From the IMG/VR virus record IMGVR_UViG_3300032213_001531, positions 1-64,000 of that record: DNA of 64,000 nucleotides; one strand, written 5' to 3'. Below the pieces are notes generated by a model. It had not been told where the DNA came from, did no database searches, and saw nothing but the letters and a program-made list of their open reading frames with translations. The DNA is from a virus. Within the stretch, counting starts at the first letter, position 1. Each line of letters begins with the position of its first letter. A program made the position numbers and the translations under genes. This document shows, piece by piece, positions 63,786 through 64,000 of the stretch.

Positions 63786-64000
63786 TTATGATGCTGCTGG
63801 GATAGTGCGATCTACGATCTTGCCGTATGATGCATTATCATTTGGAAGTAGACGGAATGAAACCTCAAACATTGTTGCTTCATCACGCTTTGCTGATACT
63901 GAAACATTCTCAATTGAGAGTGCACGGTATGCAACATAGATTCTTTCCAAGCTTGAGCCAATTGCACAGTCACCTGTACCTGGACCTACTGCAACCAAAC
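63786..64000 (-). CDS. Major tail (tube) protein, 3' end only
   Basis: Position upstream of the chaperones; R......R..S......KR.....F.V.FRLLP; runs off the window. Confidence 0.75.
   Translation of the reverse strand, partial: LVAVGPGTGDCAIGSSLERIYVAYRALSIENVSVSAKRDEATMFEVSFRLLPNDNASYGKIVDRTIPAAS

Overview
A 64-kb stretch of a large, AT-rich, tailed dsDNA phage, probably a siphovirus given its 3613-aa tape measure protein. WhiB, an actinobacterial-type holin and widespread leaderless SigA-type promoters point to an actinobacterial host. A low-GC freshwater lineage is an inference only. The + strand (1-11559) holds many small early or accessory genes, a ~800-bp repeat-rich non-coding locus with four perfect DnaA boxes, and three tRNAs. 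The - strand (11556-64000) runs from the end of the major tail gene through the tail chaperones, tape measure and minor tail genes. A bacterial-type replisome follows (DnaB, primase, SSB-like, DnaE, MazG, RecA, two resolvase-like nucleases, solo Cas4), then the terminase, secreted/surface proteins, lysis genes and stress or nutrient accessory genes (PstS, Dps, Hsp20, thioredoxin, GlcNAc transferase). Most notable observations: (1) the tape measure carries a HipA/PI3K-like kinase domain and a possible nuclease between duplicated ~55-aa boundary motifs, suggesting an injected effector cassette; (2) the DnaA-box/iteron locus, either an origin or a T5-like injection-stop element; (3) a tail chaperone G/GT pair made by gene duplication instead of frameshifting; (4) a four-gene PA14-stalk membrane operon; (5) unannotated structured RNAs, a ROSE-like thermometer and a PHO-like box. 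All calls come from motif recognition by eye; no database searches were run.
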